Below are positions 1 through 13,377 of a DNA stretch of 64,000 nt, piece after piece. Location of the stretch: NCBI GenBank assembly GCA_002269645.1, contig NIVC01000879.1, forward strand, positions 1-64,000, given 5' to 3'. The number at the start of each line of letters is the position of its first letter. Positions within the stretch are counted from its first letter, which is position 1. The position numbers and the translations under genes are program-made. The DNA comes from Macrostomum lignano. Its lineage: Eukaryota. The notes beneath the pieces are model-generated. The model saw only the letters and a program-made list of their open reading frames with translations. It ran no database searches and was not told the DNA's origin.

Positions 1-1271
1 GCCTGCAGGTAGCCACTACTTTACCACTCTGATGATCAGTGAAAAGGCTAGAAGCCCTGAACTCTATATTTATAGCAGTATTGTTATGTTTAGCAAGGGG
101 TGGGTTGAAGGCTCAACTGAGAGGTTTGCTGACATAAAGTAAGGGAGGGTCGAGTACCGACGCGACAGGTGAGAGAATGAAAGGCTTAGAGAATAGTGAA
201 AGACTGACCAATCAGAAGAAAGAAAAGGTGAGAGATCAATAGAGAAAGATAGAGGTTTGAACTATATTGGTTGAGACAAGGTAAATGAAGAGAGCCAAAC
301 AGCAGATAAAACAGTGTAAATAAACTAGCAACTAGGTAGGAAAGTAGCAACAAGGCCTTTAGTAACATATATTAATTAGGTTATTTGTTGGTTTCAATGC
401 AATGTTTCTATTGATGCTAAAGTATAAAATTAAGACTGATTGTTCTTGGTTTGATCTTATCACATTTATAAGAAAATTGATCAAGGTAATAAAGCCTATG
501 TTTGTTTGTTTTGGTTTGCACTTTGTGATTAGATTTAATGCTTATTTTTGGTAGCTATTTGCAACATTTCTAAAGTTTGATTGTTTTGCTATATAAAAGT
601 TGTTATCAATTTAGAAGCTGCCACTTTTTTACTAACTCTTGGTCTTATATACTAATACTTTTTCAACTATAATTGTTGTGTATTAAATGATTTTAAAAAG
701 GAATAGAATATAAAAAAATCATTAAGATTGCAGGTGCTTTGACTTTATAGATCTTTCAATTCTGTGGGCCCTTGTTTTTTGTGGTTTCCATATAGACTCC
801 TATGGCTGAAACCCATTTGTCAATGCAAGATTGAGGGATAGATACCCCTAGCCACTTTGGTTTGCATTGCACCCCAGGCTAAAAAAACCATTATATTATT
901 GAATATAAGTTTTGCTTGGAGTTATAAAGAAGATTCCTTTTTTAATTTGAACTGTTATTTTGAGTTCTATTTTCTAATATATACATAAAAATAATTGTAA
1001 ACTTTTATCAACTTTTTAATTTATTTTAGTACATAGTGAAGGCCATTTTTGCTCCCCCCAATGTCCCAAATCTTAGCCCTTCTAAATTCAATGCCTGCTC
1101 TATGTGCTTTGAGCCATCGATAAACTGAATGTGTGTTTAAAATACAGATGGGGAAATAGTCTTTCTTGATATTTGGGACTCTACACTGCATTCCATGAAG
1201 ACTCTTTCAAATTCTATGAAAATAATATACATATTACTGAGCTAGCTAGACCTTGGCAAGTTGATTTAGAC

Positions 1272-1527
1272 CAGGGGTCAGCAAACATGTGGGCCAGCAA
1301 ACCTCTCCATCTGGCCCTTGGGTCCTTTGAAACTTCTTAATAGCAACCTGGCCCACTCAAGGTTTGTCTCTTTTAGCTCTCTTCTCTTCCCTTCGACCCT
1401 CTGCCCTCTCCCCTCTCCTCTCCCCCTCTCATCTCTCCCCTCTCCTTTCCCTCTCCTCTCCTTGGCCCGCAGCCATGAGCTGAATTCTTTATCTGGCCCT
1501 TGATTTAAAAAATCTTGCCAACCCCTG
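1272..1527. mobile_element. hAT-type MITE (~256 bp) with internal CT-rich tract
   Basis: Ends CAGGGGTCAGCAAAC...CTTGCCAACCCCTG form imperfect TIRs of the CAGGGG type. The 8-bp flanks ATTTAGAC / GTTTAGCT look like a decayed target-site duplication. Internal CTGGCCC motifs. Confidence 0.65.
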
Positions 1528-1755
1528 GTTTAGCTAGAGTAGAGTCGAGGTCCATGTAAACTAAAAAATCGAGGTTTCAAATCAACGAAATCTAAGATTG
1601 TCGATCACTTTCACAAGCTGGAAAATTTGCAATTAGATAAGTGTTTAGATTCGTACTCATATTAAGTGTATCAGTTCCAGTAGGTTTGTTATCAATTAGT
1701 TTTATCCGCAACAAACTTAAAATAAAAGTGCATTGCATGCGCTACAGAATTCACC

Positions 1756-2007
1756 ATGAAGGAGTCAGAGCCCGGCAATATATTCGCTCGGCTCTACTTC
1801 AAGTACTTAGTTGAAACCTCTATCTACATGCTGGAACCGTACGAGCGAATTGCATTGAATTGTCTTGTAGTTGTGCTGCTACTGATGTCCGCCTATACTA
1901 GCTGGCTGTTTCTGCCGCATCACACAGTCAGCCAACACTTAATTGGCATTGTGAGCAGCCTGATTGGCTGGCCAAGTCCGCCTGCAGCTGGTGACTTGGC
2001 TTCTTAG
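1756..2007 (+). CDS. SPTSSA: Serine palmitoyltransferase small subunit (ssSPT), single exon, 83 aa
   Basis: LYFKYLVETSIYMLEPYERIALN followed by a TM helix matches the ssSPT family motif (Y..Y......LEPWE). CACC-ATG start context; AATAAA at 2228-2233. Confidence 0.9.
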   Translation: MKESEPGNIFARLYFKYLVETSIYMLEPYERIALNCLVVVLLLMSAYTSWLFLPHHTVSQHLIGIVSSLIGWPSPPAAGDLAS

Positions 2008-2696
2008 CATTTCAATGTTCTTACATTTCTACTAAAAGTAGTATAAAGAGTAACAGAAAACACGGCTAGAATTTTGAAAAGCTTCAATTTATTATAAATA
2101 ATCAAAGTTTTTGGTTAAAGCTGGTCAGCATTCCGCTATCAATTTTATAGTGCTTATGATACTTTTGTGTTTAATTAGTTTTCGAAATCTCACAATCATT
2201 TTTTTGTAAAATTTACTTTTCTGTGCAAATAAATGTAATTGGTTTCAATGGCTGCTGTTTGTCTTAACCATGTACTGTGTTTTTTTAATATTTACCATTT
2301 ACTCTATATCATTAAACGTGTCAGTAATAGGTGCGAAAGATTAGTGAGTAAAAACGGTCCCCGTTTTGCATCTTCTCTTGAATCTTACCTGATTCCATAT
2401 CAGATTTGAGTCATCATGAAACGCCAGGACGCATAAGAATTATCAAGACAAAGACAAACCTGGGCGACAACTGAGGAGGCACGAGTGTTTAATACTCAGT
2501 ATACTACTTTACCTAATACAATACAGTAGTATTTTCAGTGCAGATATTCAGTTGTTTGTCTGCGCAGTGTCACTTAAATTTAAAATGGCAGCTAACATTT
2601 CCTTTCTTTTCTCATGTTTTTCGGCCTCAGAAGCATATGGGTTAAGAATGAGCAACGCGCATTTAACTCGATGTACACAAGTGAACGCAGGACGGA

Positions 2697-3020
2697 CGAA
2701 ACCCAGCCCTAAGGGGCAGGCCCAATCTAGCTCAGCCAATGAGAGAGCAGTAAGGAGAGAGGTTAAAGTCAAACGGACGAAACAGCCTAGGGGGCTGTCC
2801 CAATCTAGCTCAGCCAATCAGAGAGCAGTAAGGAGAGGTTAAGAGCGGTCCGTTTCGGAGTCAAACGAAATAAACAGCCTAGGGGGCTGTCCCAATCTAC
2901 TCGTAGCTCAGCCAATGAGAAAGCAGTTTGGAGAGGTTAAAGTCAGACGGACGAAACTCAGTCTAGGGGGCAGGCCCAATCTATGAATAGTTCACCTAAT
3001 GAGAGCAGTATGGAGAGAGG
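2697..3020. repeat. Four ~80-92-bp tandem units rich in CCAAT boxes
   Basis: Unit core GGGG(C/G)..CCCAATCTAGCTCAGCCAAT starts near 2703, 2783, 2875 and 2959; the fourth unit's second box is degenerate. GC box GGGCGG near 3052. Confidence 0.8.
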
Positions 3021-3429
3021 TCGAAGTTTAACTGTTTATCGGCCTGGCTGGGGCGGGACGCCAACCCATTTTTCTCTTACTAAAGCACACGCACTGGAAT
3101 TGGCATTTTTAGGCTTTCCTGAAATCTTCAGTCTTAATTTTTTCTTAGGAGTGCAATATTTTTTTAACCCGAGAAAGTCTGAGTCGGTAAAAGAAGATGA
3201 AAATGCTAATTTAATAGGTCTGCTTGCATTTGTATTAAATCAGAGGTGATTATTTCATCTTAAACCAAAGCACTTGAAATACTTTGTGAAATTGAGTAAT
3301 ATTTTAACTTAACTATTATAAGCGCAAAATCGCTACTTTTGCTACTTAAAAAACTCCGCATCAAACGGCAAACCGCCGCAGCTGTTTCATTCATCCGACC
3401 TCAATTTTAATGCCAGCCCTATCCGCCCC

Positions 3430-4710
3430 ATGACGCAGCACTGGACGGCGATTCCATTCCTAAAAAATATTGACGAGTCCAAGCGAACTCTGCCAAGCAA
3501 GGCCGACATAATTCGCTGCGTGCCCGCGCATCTTCGCCACTGTCGGCTGCTGTTTGCTGACGGCTTCGTCTCGCCGTCGTCTGCCGCCAACTCGGTTGTC
3601 GACCAGCCGACGCCTCGGGTTGGCTGTCGCGGTCGCGGCGTTCGCAAGCGATGTCCAGTTAATGGCGCTGCAAAGCCCCAGCCGCCTCAGCCGCTGTCGC
3701 CTCAATCTTCATCGACGGCATCGTCGTTGACTTCGACTAGCCAATCGTACGGTCGTAGCCGAGGTCGCGGACTCAGGCAGTTAAAAATTTCCACCCCGCT
3801 CCTGTCGGAGTCGGCATCTGACGAGGATGTAGGCGGGTGCGATCGGCTCGGCCAATTCGAAGAGTGCTGTGGTCCTAAAACCAATGGCTCTGCAAACTCC
3901 TGCGCTATCCTTGCTGATGCTGCGGACTCTCCATCGCTGGCTGCCAGTTTATCTGTCCCGAGTGCTGATACTGTCGCAGGTGCCATTGGTGTCTCAGGCT
4001 CAGGTATCGATAATGTCACAGGTGCCATTGGTGTCTCAGGCTCAGGTAACGAGGATGTCACAGGTGCCATTGGTGCCTCAGGCTCAGGTACCGAGGATGT
4101 CGCAGGTGCCATTGGTGTCTCAGGCTCAGGTACCGATGATGTCGCAGGTGCCGTTGGTGTCTCAGGCTCAGGTACCGATGATGTCGCAGGTGCCGTTGGT
4201 GTCTCAGGCTCAGGTACCGATGATGTCGCAGGTGCCGTTGGTGTCTCAGGCTCAGGTACCGATGATGTCGCAGGTGCCGTTGGTGTCTCAGGTGCTGATG
4301 ATGTCACGTGTGCTGATGCCATTCCCAGGCTAGATTCTTCAGAACTCTCCACCGAAGACTCAATCTCCGGCGCCGAAGATCTCGGCCAGCTTCGCATCTC
4401 CGGTCTCTGTTCGGACGCTATTCACGCATTTAAACGCGATTTTATGCTAGACAGGCAGCAAAAACTGCGTCGCAGACGTGGAGGCGCAGACCGCTGCAGT
4501 GAGGAGGTGGATCCTGACGGTCTGTACGCCATCCTGCGAGCATTCTCTTCTATTGGTATTGTTAGCGTTGTTGTCCGGAGCGAAGACGGTGCTGGCGTTG
4601 ACTCGCTGCTAGTTGAACTGGCGCAGAGCAGCCTGGCTAGCTATTGCATCAACGGCCTGAGTCTGCCGTGCGACTGCCTTGTAACCTGCAGTCTAGTGTC
4701 CGAGCAGTGA
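3430..4710 (+). CDS. Candidate intronless orphan gene, 426 aa, with central 14-aa repeat (GAVGVSGSGTDDVA x7.5)
   Basis: Long GC-rich ATG-to-TGA ORF with non-repetitive sequence on both sides of the repeat. Abrupt AT-rich sequence follows, with AATAAA near 4805. No domain recognised. Confidence 0.45.
   Translation: MTQHWTAIPFLKNIDESKRTLPSKADIIRCVPAHLRHCRLLFADGFVSPSSAANSVVDQPTPRVGCRGRGVRKRCPVNGAAKPQPPQPLSPQSSSTASSLTSTSQSYGRSRGRGLRQLKISTPLLSESASDEDVGGCDRLGQFEECCGPKTNGSANSCAILADAADSPSLAASLSVPSADTVAGAIGVSGSGIDNVTGAIGVSGSGNEDVTGAIGASGSGTEDVAGAIGVSGSGTDDVAGAVGVSGSGTDDVAGAVGVSGSGTDDVAGAVGVSGSGTDDVAGAVGVSGADDVTCADAIPRLDSSELSTEDSISGAEDLGQLRISGLCSDAIHAFKRDFMLDRQQKLRRRRGGADRCSEEVDPDGLYAILRAFSSIGIVSVVVRSEDGAGVDSLLVELAQSSLASYCINGLSLPCDCLVTCSLVSEQ
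3979..4308. repeat. 42-bp in-frame tandem repeat, ~7.5 copies
   Basis: Unit GGTGCCGTTGGTGTCTCAGGCTCAGGTACCGATGATGTCGCA. Confidence 0.95.
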
Positions 4711-5321
4711 CTGATTCTTCTAGGCCAGTTAATTTATTTACGTTTTATATAACTTTATCGAAACTATAGACCCTTGCATGCTTAAAAGTTTTTAAACTTT
4801 GAATAATAAAATTGTTGCATTTATACTCGTAGCTAGTTGCCCAGCTGGATATGCAGAGTTCATTGATCAACTCTTTTTTTTACAATATCATTGGTGCTCC
4901 ATCAGAGTTCCAGTTTTTTTCCTTGTGCCCTCGCTCCATTCACTCATCGTGGACTTATGCACGCGACAAAAGAGTGCACCATTGCGCTAAATGTATTTAT
5001 GGTCTGGTTGTTAAAAGAGCTAAAATTTATATATAGAATTCATAAAGGGCTTGTGTTAACGCGTTGTCATTGTTGCATGCCTGTGTAATAAATTTCTGAC
5101 TATATCGTCTGTTATTGAGATTTCATTGTAATTTTTCTTGTAGAAAAATAGTTTTATGGTTCAAAAAGTATGCAGTGTGTTATAATCGACGGATCTATGC
5201 GAAAAGTTGTCATGCCATTGACTCGACGGGAAGTGTGGTTGATTAGACTATATGTAAAACTCGCGGTGTGTCTTTGGAGGATTGGACGATCCATAAGTCG
5301 TGTGTCTGGGCTACGCCGCAA

Positions 5322-5960
5322 GGTGTGTCTAACGATGTAACGCCGCAAGGTGTGTCTGAACGATGTGAAGTCGCAAGGTGTGTCTGAACGATGTGAAGTC
5401 ACAAGCTGTGTCTGAACGATGTGAAGTCGCAAGCTGTGTCTGAACGATGTGAAGTCGCAAGCTGTGTCTGTACGATGTGAAGTCGCAAGGTGTGTCTGTA
5501 CGATGTGAAGTCGCAAGGTGTGTCCGAACGATGCGAAGTCGCAAGTTGTGTCCGAACGATGTGAAGTTGCAAGGTTTGTCTGAACGATGTGAAGTCGCAA
5601 GGCGTGTCCGAACGATGTGAAGTCGCAAGGTGTGTCTGAACGATGCGAAGTCGCAAGGTTTGTCTGAACGATGTGAAGTCGCAAGGTTTGTCTGAACGAT
5701 GTGAAGTCGCAAGGTGTGTCCGAACGATGTGAAGTCGCAAGCTGTGTCTGAACAATGTGAAGTCGCAAGCTGTGTCTGTACGGTGTGAAGTCGCAAGGTG
5801 TGTCTGAACGATGTGAAGTCGCAAGGTGTGTCTGAACGATGTGAAGTCGCAAGGTGTGTCTGAACGATGTGAAGTCGCAAGGTGTGTCTGAACGATGTGA
5901 AGTCGCAAGGTGTGTCTGAACGATGTGAAGTCGCAAGCTGTGTCTGGACAATGTGAAGTC
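5322..5960. repeat. 28-bp minisatellite, ~23 copies
   Basis: Unit GAACGATGTGAAGTCGCAAGGTGTGTCT. Confidence 0.95.
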
Positions 5961-6149
5961 GTAACGCGTGTCAAGGTGAACAATGCTAGAAAGTTGAACA
6001 AATCGAATTGGCGGACGTATTTCCGGAATATTAGTGATATTACCATACTATATTAAACGTCGGGCTTAAATAGAATTGGCTCGATATTTTTCATGCAGAC
6101 GTTTTTGCCTATAGTGATACATAGTGTGAACGAAACTCGCTGATCAAGC

Positions 6150-9100
6150 ATGGCTGCTGAACCATCTCAAGCCCTGCCAACTGTTGAGCTTCACGATCAG
6201 CAGCAGCAGCTCCGCCAGAGGCAGTCTGAGCCGCAGCTTCTGCAGGTCCCGCAGGGTGACAGAGCCAGTCGTCACCGAAAGCGACATTCCGAGTTCAACT
6301 TGGCCGGTTTGACAGGCGAAGAGCTCGAATCTGTTGAAGACGAATCCGAGTCGGTCAGCTGCCACCTGGCCGATGGTCACGAGCACCTGGATCACGTGAT
6401 GGCTGACGCTGACATACCGATGAGCGTAGAGCAGCTGGCGCAGTGCCTGCTGACCGATGGGCCCTGGTTTCGCGACTTCCTCCAACGTCGCCGCACCTTC
6501 GGCATCGAGGCCAGCGATTTTGAAGACGAAAACGGTATCAACGTTGGAGGCGCCAGTCGGGCGCGTCGGCCAGGCGATCGACGGGACGTGCGCTACTGGC
6601 TGCGCATCAACTACGCCATCGGGCCGAAGCAGACGCTGGTTGAAGAGACTCAGACTTACGTGTGAGATTGGCTTGGCTCAGCAACTGGGGATCTGGGAGG
6701 GTGGTTCAGCAACTGAGGATCTGGGAGGGTGGTTCAGCAACTGAGGATCTGGGAGGGTGGTTCAGCAACTGAGGATCTGGGAGGGTGGTTCAGCAACTGA
6801 GGATCTGGGAGGGTGGTTCAGCAACTGAGGATCTGGGAGGGTGTGGTGGCATGAGACAATCGGATGCTTTCTTAGAGAAAGGGCAAAATAACCTAGACTA
6901 ACATACCATGGCTTAGAGTAATATCCCGTCAATATCCAACCACTCAGTTGGTGCAAACCAGGCAAACTACACGTGGTGGACTGCGAGGTGCACAACCGGG
7001 ACATACCCTACGGCACGTCTTTCCACACCCTCAACCGGATGTGCCTGACCTGCCGCGGGCCTGGCCGCAGCCACCTGACCATCACGTCGCGCACTGTGTT
7101 CACCAGGGCTGTGTTCCTGGCTAAGAGCTTCATCGAGTCCAACGTGCGCGAAGGCAGTCAGGTGAGGCCGATTCAAATGATCGAATTGATTCTTGCTTGA
7201 ATTGCCCGATTTTCATTTACAAGAGACCCATCAATAAAGTGCATGGTACATGACGAGAAGAATGTCTTGACAATTTTACCTTGAACCACAGTACCTTAGT
7301 ACAAAAGTTTCTCTACTTTCAGTTCAGTAGCAAGGAAGATTGTTTAGGCTATTTTATTTTATGTAAAAGAATGCAGTTAGCGTAACTCTTCAGGCGTAAA
7401 ACAACTCGCTATCGGTGCAGCCGTAATGTGCCATTAGCCAGTGCCACTAGAAATATACATTGGCTTGGCAGGCGGCTCTAGACGTGAAGACTGGCCGGCG
7501 GGGCGGGGGTAAGAGTTTTTGAGAAGTTAGACGCAGCCGGAGGGGTTCAGATAGAAGAACGGGTAAGAGGTTCAATGAACTTAGCTTATATAATGTACTA
7601 GTCCTCCTAGCTTTAGGCTGGGAGGAAGGCAATAAAAATTGGGGGTGCGCGGTAGGGTAATGATTTTGTGCGAAAAGACACGAACGGAGGGAGGGGTTCA
7701 ACTGGCGGTGAGCGGGCCAATAGGCGAGCCTATAGCTATATACTGTACATAACAAGGCAGCATGACAAGGCACCGAGGAAAGCAATAAAAATGGCCAGCG
7801 GGCGGGGGTAGAGTTTTTGAAAAGTTAGACGCAGCTGGAGGGGTTCAGATAGAAGAACGGGTAAGAGGTTCAATGAACTTAGCTTATATAATGTACTAGT
7901 CCTCCTAGCTTTAGGCTGGGAGGAAGGCAATAAAAATTGGGGGTGCGCGGTAGGGTAGTGATTTTGTGCGAAAAGACGCGAACGGAGGGAGGGGTTCAAC
8001 TGGCGGTGAGCGGGCCAATAAGCGAGCCTATAGCTATATACTGTACATAACATGGCAGCATGACAAGGCACCGAGGAAAGCAATAAAAATAGGCGGCGGG
8101 GCGGGGGTAGAGATTTTGTGCGACAATATGCAGTCGGAGGGGTTCAGCTGAGGCAGTGATTGGGCCAATAAACCAGTATTGTCCTAAATTAAATTAAAGT
8201 GGTTAACTTTCTACTGAACTGAAAGTGGCTTACACGCAAATGTACAGCCCAACTACTCCTAGTTGGGGGACAGAGCAGCTGGTGAGAGCGCCACGATCTC
8301 TGATTCGATTCCGTTTACGGTCATATTTTTATTTTGGATTGGACCTTGTGCACGAAAATAGGTTTTGATTATTACTATTAGCCCATCTAGTTATTATAGA
8401 TATCTGACCCCGCAGACCTACTTCCGCCTCATGGTGGACACTCTGCTGGATCCCAATGCTGGCAAGACGCCAATTAACGACGAAGGCGGCGCCTCGGCCG
8501 CGGCTTCGCGACCTCCGTCTGGCTCGTCAACCCCTGCAACAGCAGCTGCCGCAGGGGCGGCGGCGGCGGCGGCGTCGTCGGCTCCTTCGGTGTCATCTTC
8601 AACGCCGATGTCGCGCAGCGCGGCAGCCCAGCGTCAGCAGGACGGCACCGGCAGGCCCCGACCGTCGACTAATTCAACAACTGTCGCCAACGCCGCCGCC
8701 ACCTCGGCCGCGACTGCGATGGCGGGCCGTCGAGTGTCCCGATCGCGTAGCGGCGTCCGCAGCAGCAAAGACGGTGGGCAGAGGCTGCTGGTTCTGTGCC
8801 TGCTGCTGGCGTGAGTGCTTCACGAATCATTGCGCTGTTGTTTTCGTCTTGGGTTCCATTGAGAGTTATTGGTTCCAGTAATCGGTTCCGTTCTATCTGG
8901 AAATAATCGACACCAGCTTTAGTTTTTCACTAAAAGTCCAGTTACAGTTTTCTTGTTTAATTTTTTTTTAATTTTGGTTTTCCTTCAAATTAATCCCAAC
9001 GTCCAGCAGTGTCCTGATGTTCTGCTGTCTGGTCAGCTTGCACCTGCGCTTCCAGTCTCTGGACAGCTCGCTGGATCGATTGAGTTCCAGCGAATTCAGG

Positions 9101-9581
9101 TGAGATTAACTGTATAGGGCAGATGTTAGATTTCAAGAATTTCAGTTTGTCTACCGATATGTATCGAAAACAGCGATCGAAGTAAACTGGCCGATATGTA
9201 TTGAAAACAAATAACCGAAGTTAAGTGGCCGATCGCGATATGTATCGAAAATAAAAATAACCTAAGTTAACTGGCCGATATGTATCGAAAACATTAATAA
9301 CGAAGTTAACTGGCCGATATGTATCGAAAACATTAATAACCAAACGCTTCAGTCGGTCTGCCTGCGCTCCGGCTGGTGACGCCAGCCGAACTGGCGCCGC
9401 TTTCACACGCGAGCAGCTGGACATCTGGCGTCGCGCTCTCGACGAGACTCTGGGCAGCCTGGACGGCCTGCTGTTCGAACTGCGCCGGGTGGCCACTGCG
9501 GAGGCCACCGCCGCTGCCGCCGCCTCCTCCAGCATCCCGGCCGGACGTCCGGTCTGTGACAGACCGCCTCCGCCTCCCTGA
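6150..9581 (+). CDS. GRAMD1: Aster/GRAMD1-like VASt (StART-like) sterol transfer protein with C-terminal TM helix and coiled coil; 5 exons, ~480 aa
   Basis: Exons 6150-6661, 6948-7161, 8416-8810, 9007-9099, 9353-9581; all GT-AG with consistent phases (1443 nt). Motifs IGPKQTLVEETQ, VVDCEVHNRDIPYGTSFHTLNRMCL, LAKSFIESN, TYFRLM, the TM helix LLVLCLLLASVLMFCCLV and QLDIWRRALDE all match GRAMD1. Confidence 0.85.
6676..6841. repeat. 28-bp minisatellite in Aster intron 1, ~6 copies
   Basis: Unit GGTTCAGCAACTGAGGATCTGGGAGGGT. Confidence 0.95.
7300..8262 (+). mobile_element. Non-autonomous Helitron/Helentron-like element with central ~149-bp tandem repeats (298-bp dimer), in Aster intron 2
   Basis: 298-bp periodicity (7561 vs 7859). 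Subterminal inverted repeat CTACTTTCAGTTCAGTAG (7313-7330) / CTACTGAACTGAAAGTGG (8211-8228). Short hairpin followed by CTAG|T at 8259-8262. Homologous along its length to the reverse strand of 59300-59835. Confidence 0.65.
9155..9340. repeat. ~39-40-bp degenerate tandem repeat in Aster intron 4
   Basis: GATATGTATCGAAAAC...GAAGTTAACTGGCC repeated 4-5 times. Confidence 0.85.
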
Positions 9582-10182
9582 CCAATCAGGGACCAATTCT
9601 TCCGTCGGAAGTTTTTACTAACTAATGAAATATTTTTTGATTGTTTACTTTTTCTTTTTTTCTCGCAGATTTTTCTTCCTATGTTTAAATTTGCCTACTG
9701 ATTGGTAGTAGAAAGTAGCGATTTTTATAAGACGAAATCTACATTCCATTAATTACGTACGCTAGCGTTGATTTACTTGCAATCCATCCTTTTGATCCAA
9801 CTTTTTAATTGTCTACGATTTTTACGGTTGTCATTTTCATCGTTCTGGCATTTTACACCTAGATTAATTTTTGATTGAGCTTTCGAGGCAATTCTCAAAC
9901 CCTATTTCTAATCTTTTAATTCCTATGGGAACTTTTGTGCTCATTACGGATATATTTTTAAAATGATGCAATGCCGTAGGAAGGCTTAAAAATATATTAT
10001 ACTTGAAATTTGTCTACCCTGACAACCTAATTTATACAGACAAAGTGTTTGTCAGTCATGTATTTCTGCCTTTCATTTTATATGCAGTTAGCATGGAAAA
10101 CATAAGGTAATATCGCGCTGCTTCTGTCGGGCTTCTGCTTCTGTGAGGCATCGGCTGCTTCTGCCGGTTAAATCATGATGTT

Positions 10183-10485
10183 GGAGACTGCAGGCTGGGA
10201 GATGATCAAAGGGAGACTGCAAGCTAGGAGATGATGGAGAGGAGACTGCAGGCTGGGAGATGATGAAGGGGAGACTGCAAGCTGGGAGATGATGAAGGGA
10301 GGCTGCGAGCTGGGAGATGATGAAGAGGCGACTGCAGGCTGGGAGATGATGAAGGGAGGCTGCGAGCTGGGAGATGATAAAGAGGATACTGCAGGCAAGG
10401 AGATGATGAAGGGGAGACTGCAAGCTGGGAGATGATGAAGGGAGGCTGCGAGCTGGGATATGATGAAGGAGGGACCGCAGGCCAA
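10183..10485. repeat. 29-bp degenerate minisatellite, ~10 copies
   Basis: Unit GGAGACTGCAGGCTGGGAGATGATGAAGG. Confidence 0.9.
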
Positions 10486-10541
10486 GTGATAAAGGATATT
10501 AAGATAGACTTAGGGACTCTAGCACGTAGGGGTCCGGCAGC

Positions 10542-13064
<2,523 letters not shown>

Positions 13065-13377
13065 AGGCAGGTTTAACTACAACACTTCAGATATTTTATT
13101 ATTCAGAAAAATAATATAATTCCTCCGCGGTCTGTTCTGTCGAGCTGGTAAATCTTTCTACTCACAGCAGTTCGTTTCTATTTATACTAAAATTTATTAA
13201 ACAATAATTCTTCACGTCGAAGCGAGGCGAATTTTGCTACTTTAAGTAGTGCGCCGTGTATATTCTCACTAGTTAAAATATATTATTCTTTTATGAGGCA
13301 AAAGAAATTAGAAAGCAGATTTTTTTACCAATTTAAAACAACCTGCGCATCTCTGATTCAACCAGAGTAGCGCCAAC

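Noticed and set aside
29-44. CTGATGA-tcagt-GAAA hammerhead-like core
   Set aside because: No pairable stem II, and no stem III/NUH or stem I follows.
3702-4397. 231-aa antisense ORF with PEPETP repeats
   Set aside because: Mirror of the 42-bp repeat; the plus-strand ORF is longer and has a poly(A) signal.
5154-6046. Several 180-265-aa minus-strand ORFs
   Set aside because: By-products of the 28-bp minisatellite, which lacks stops on that strand.
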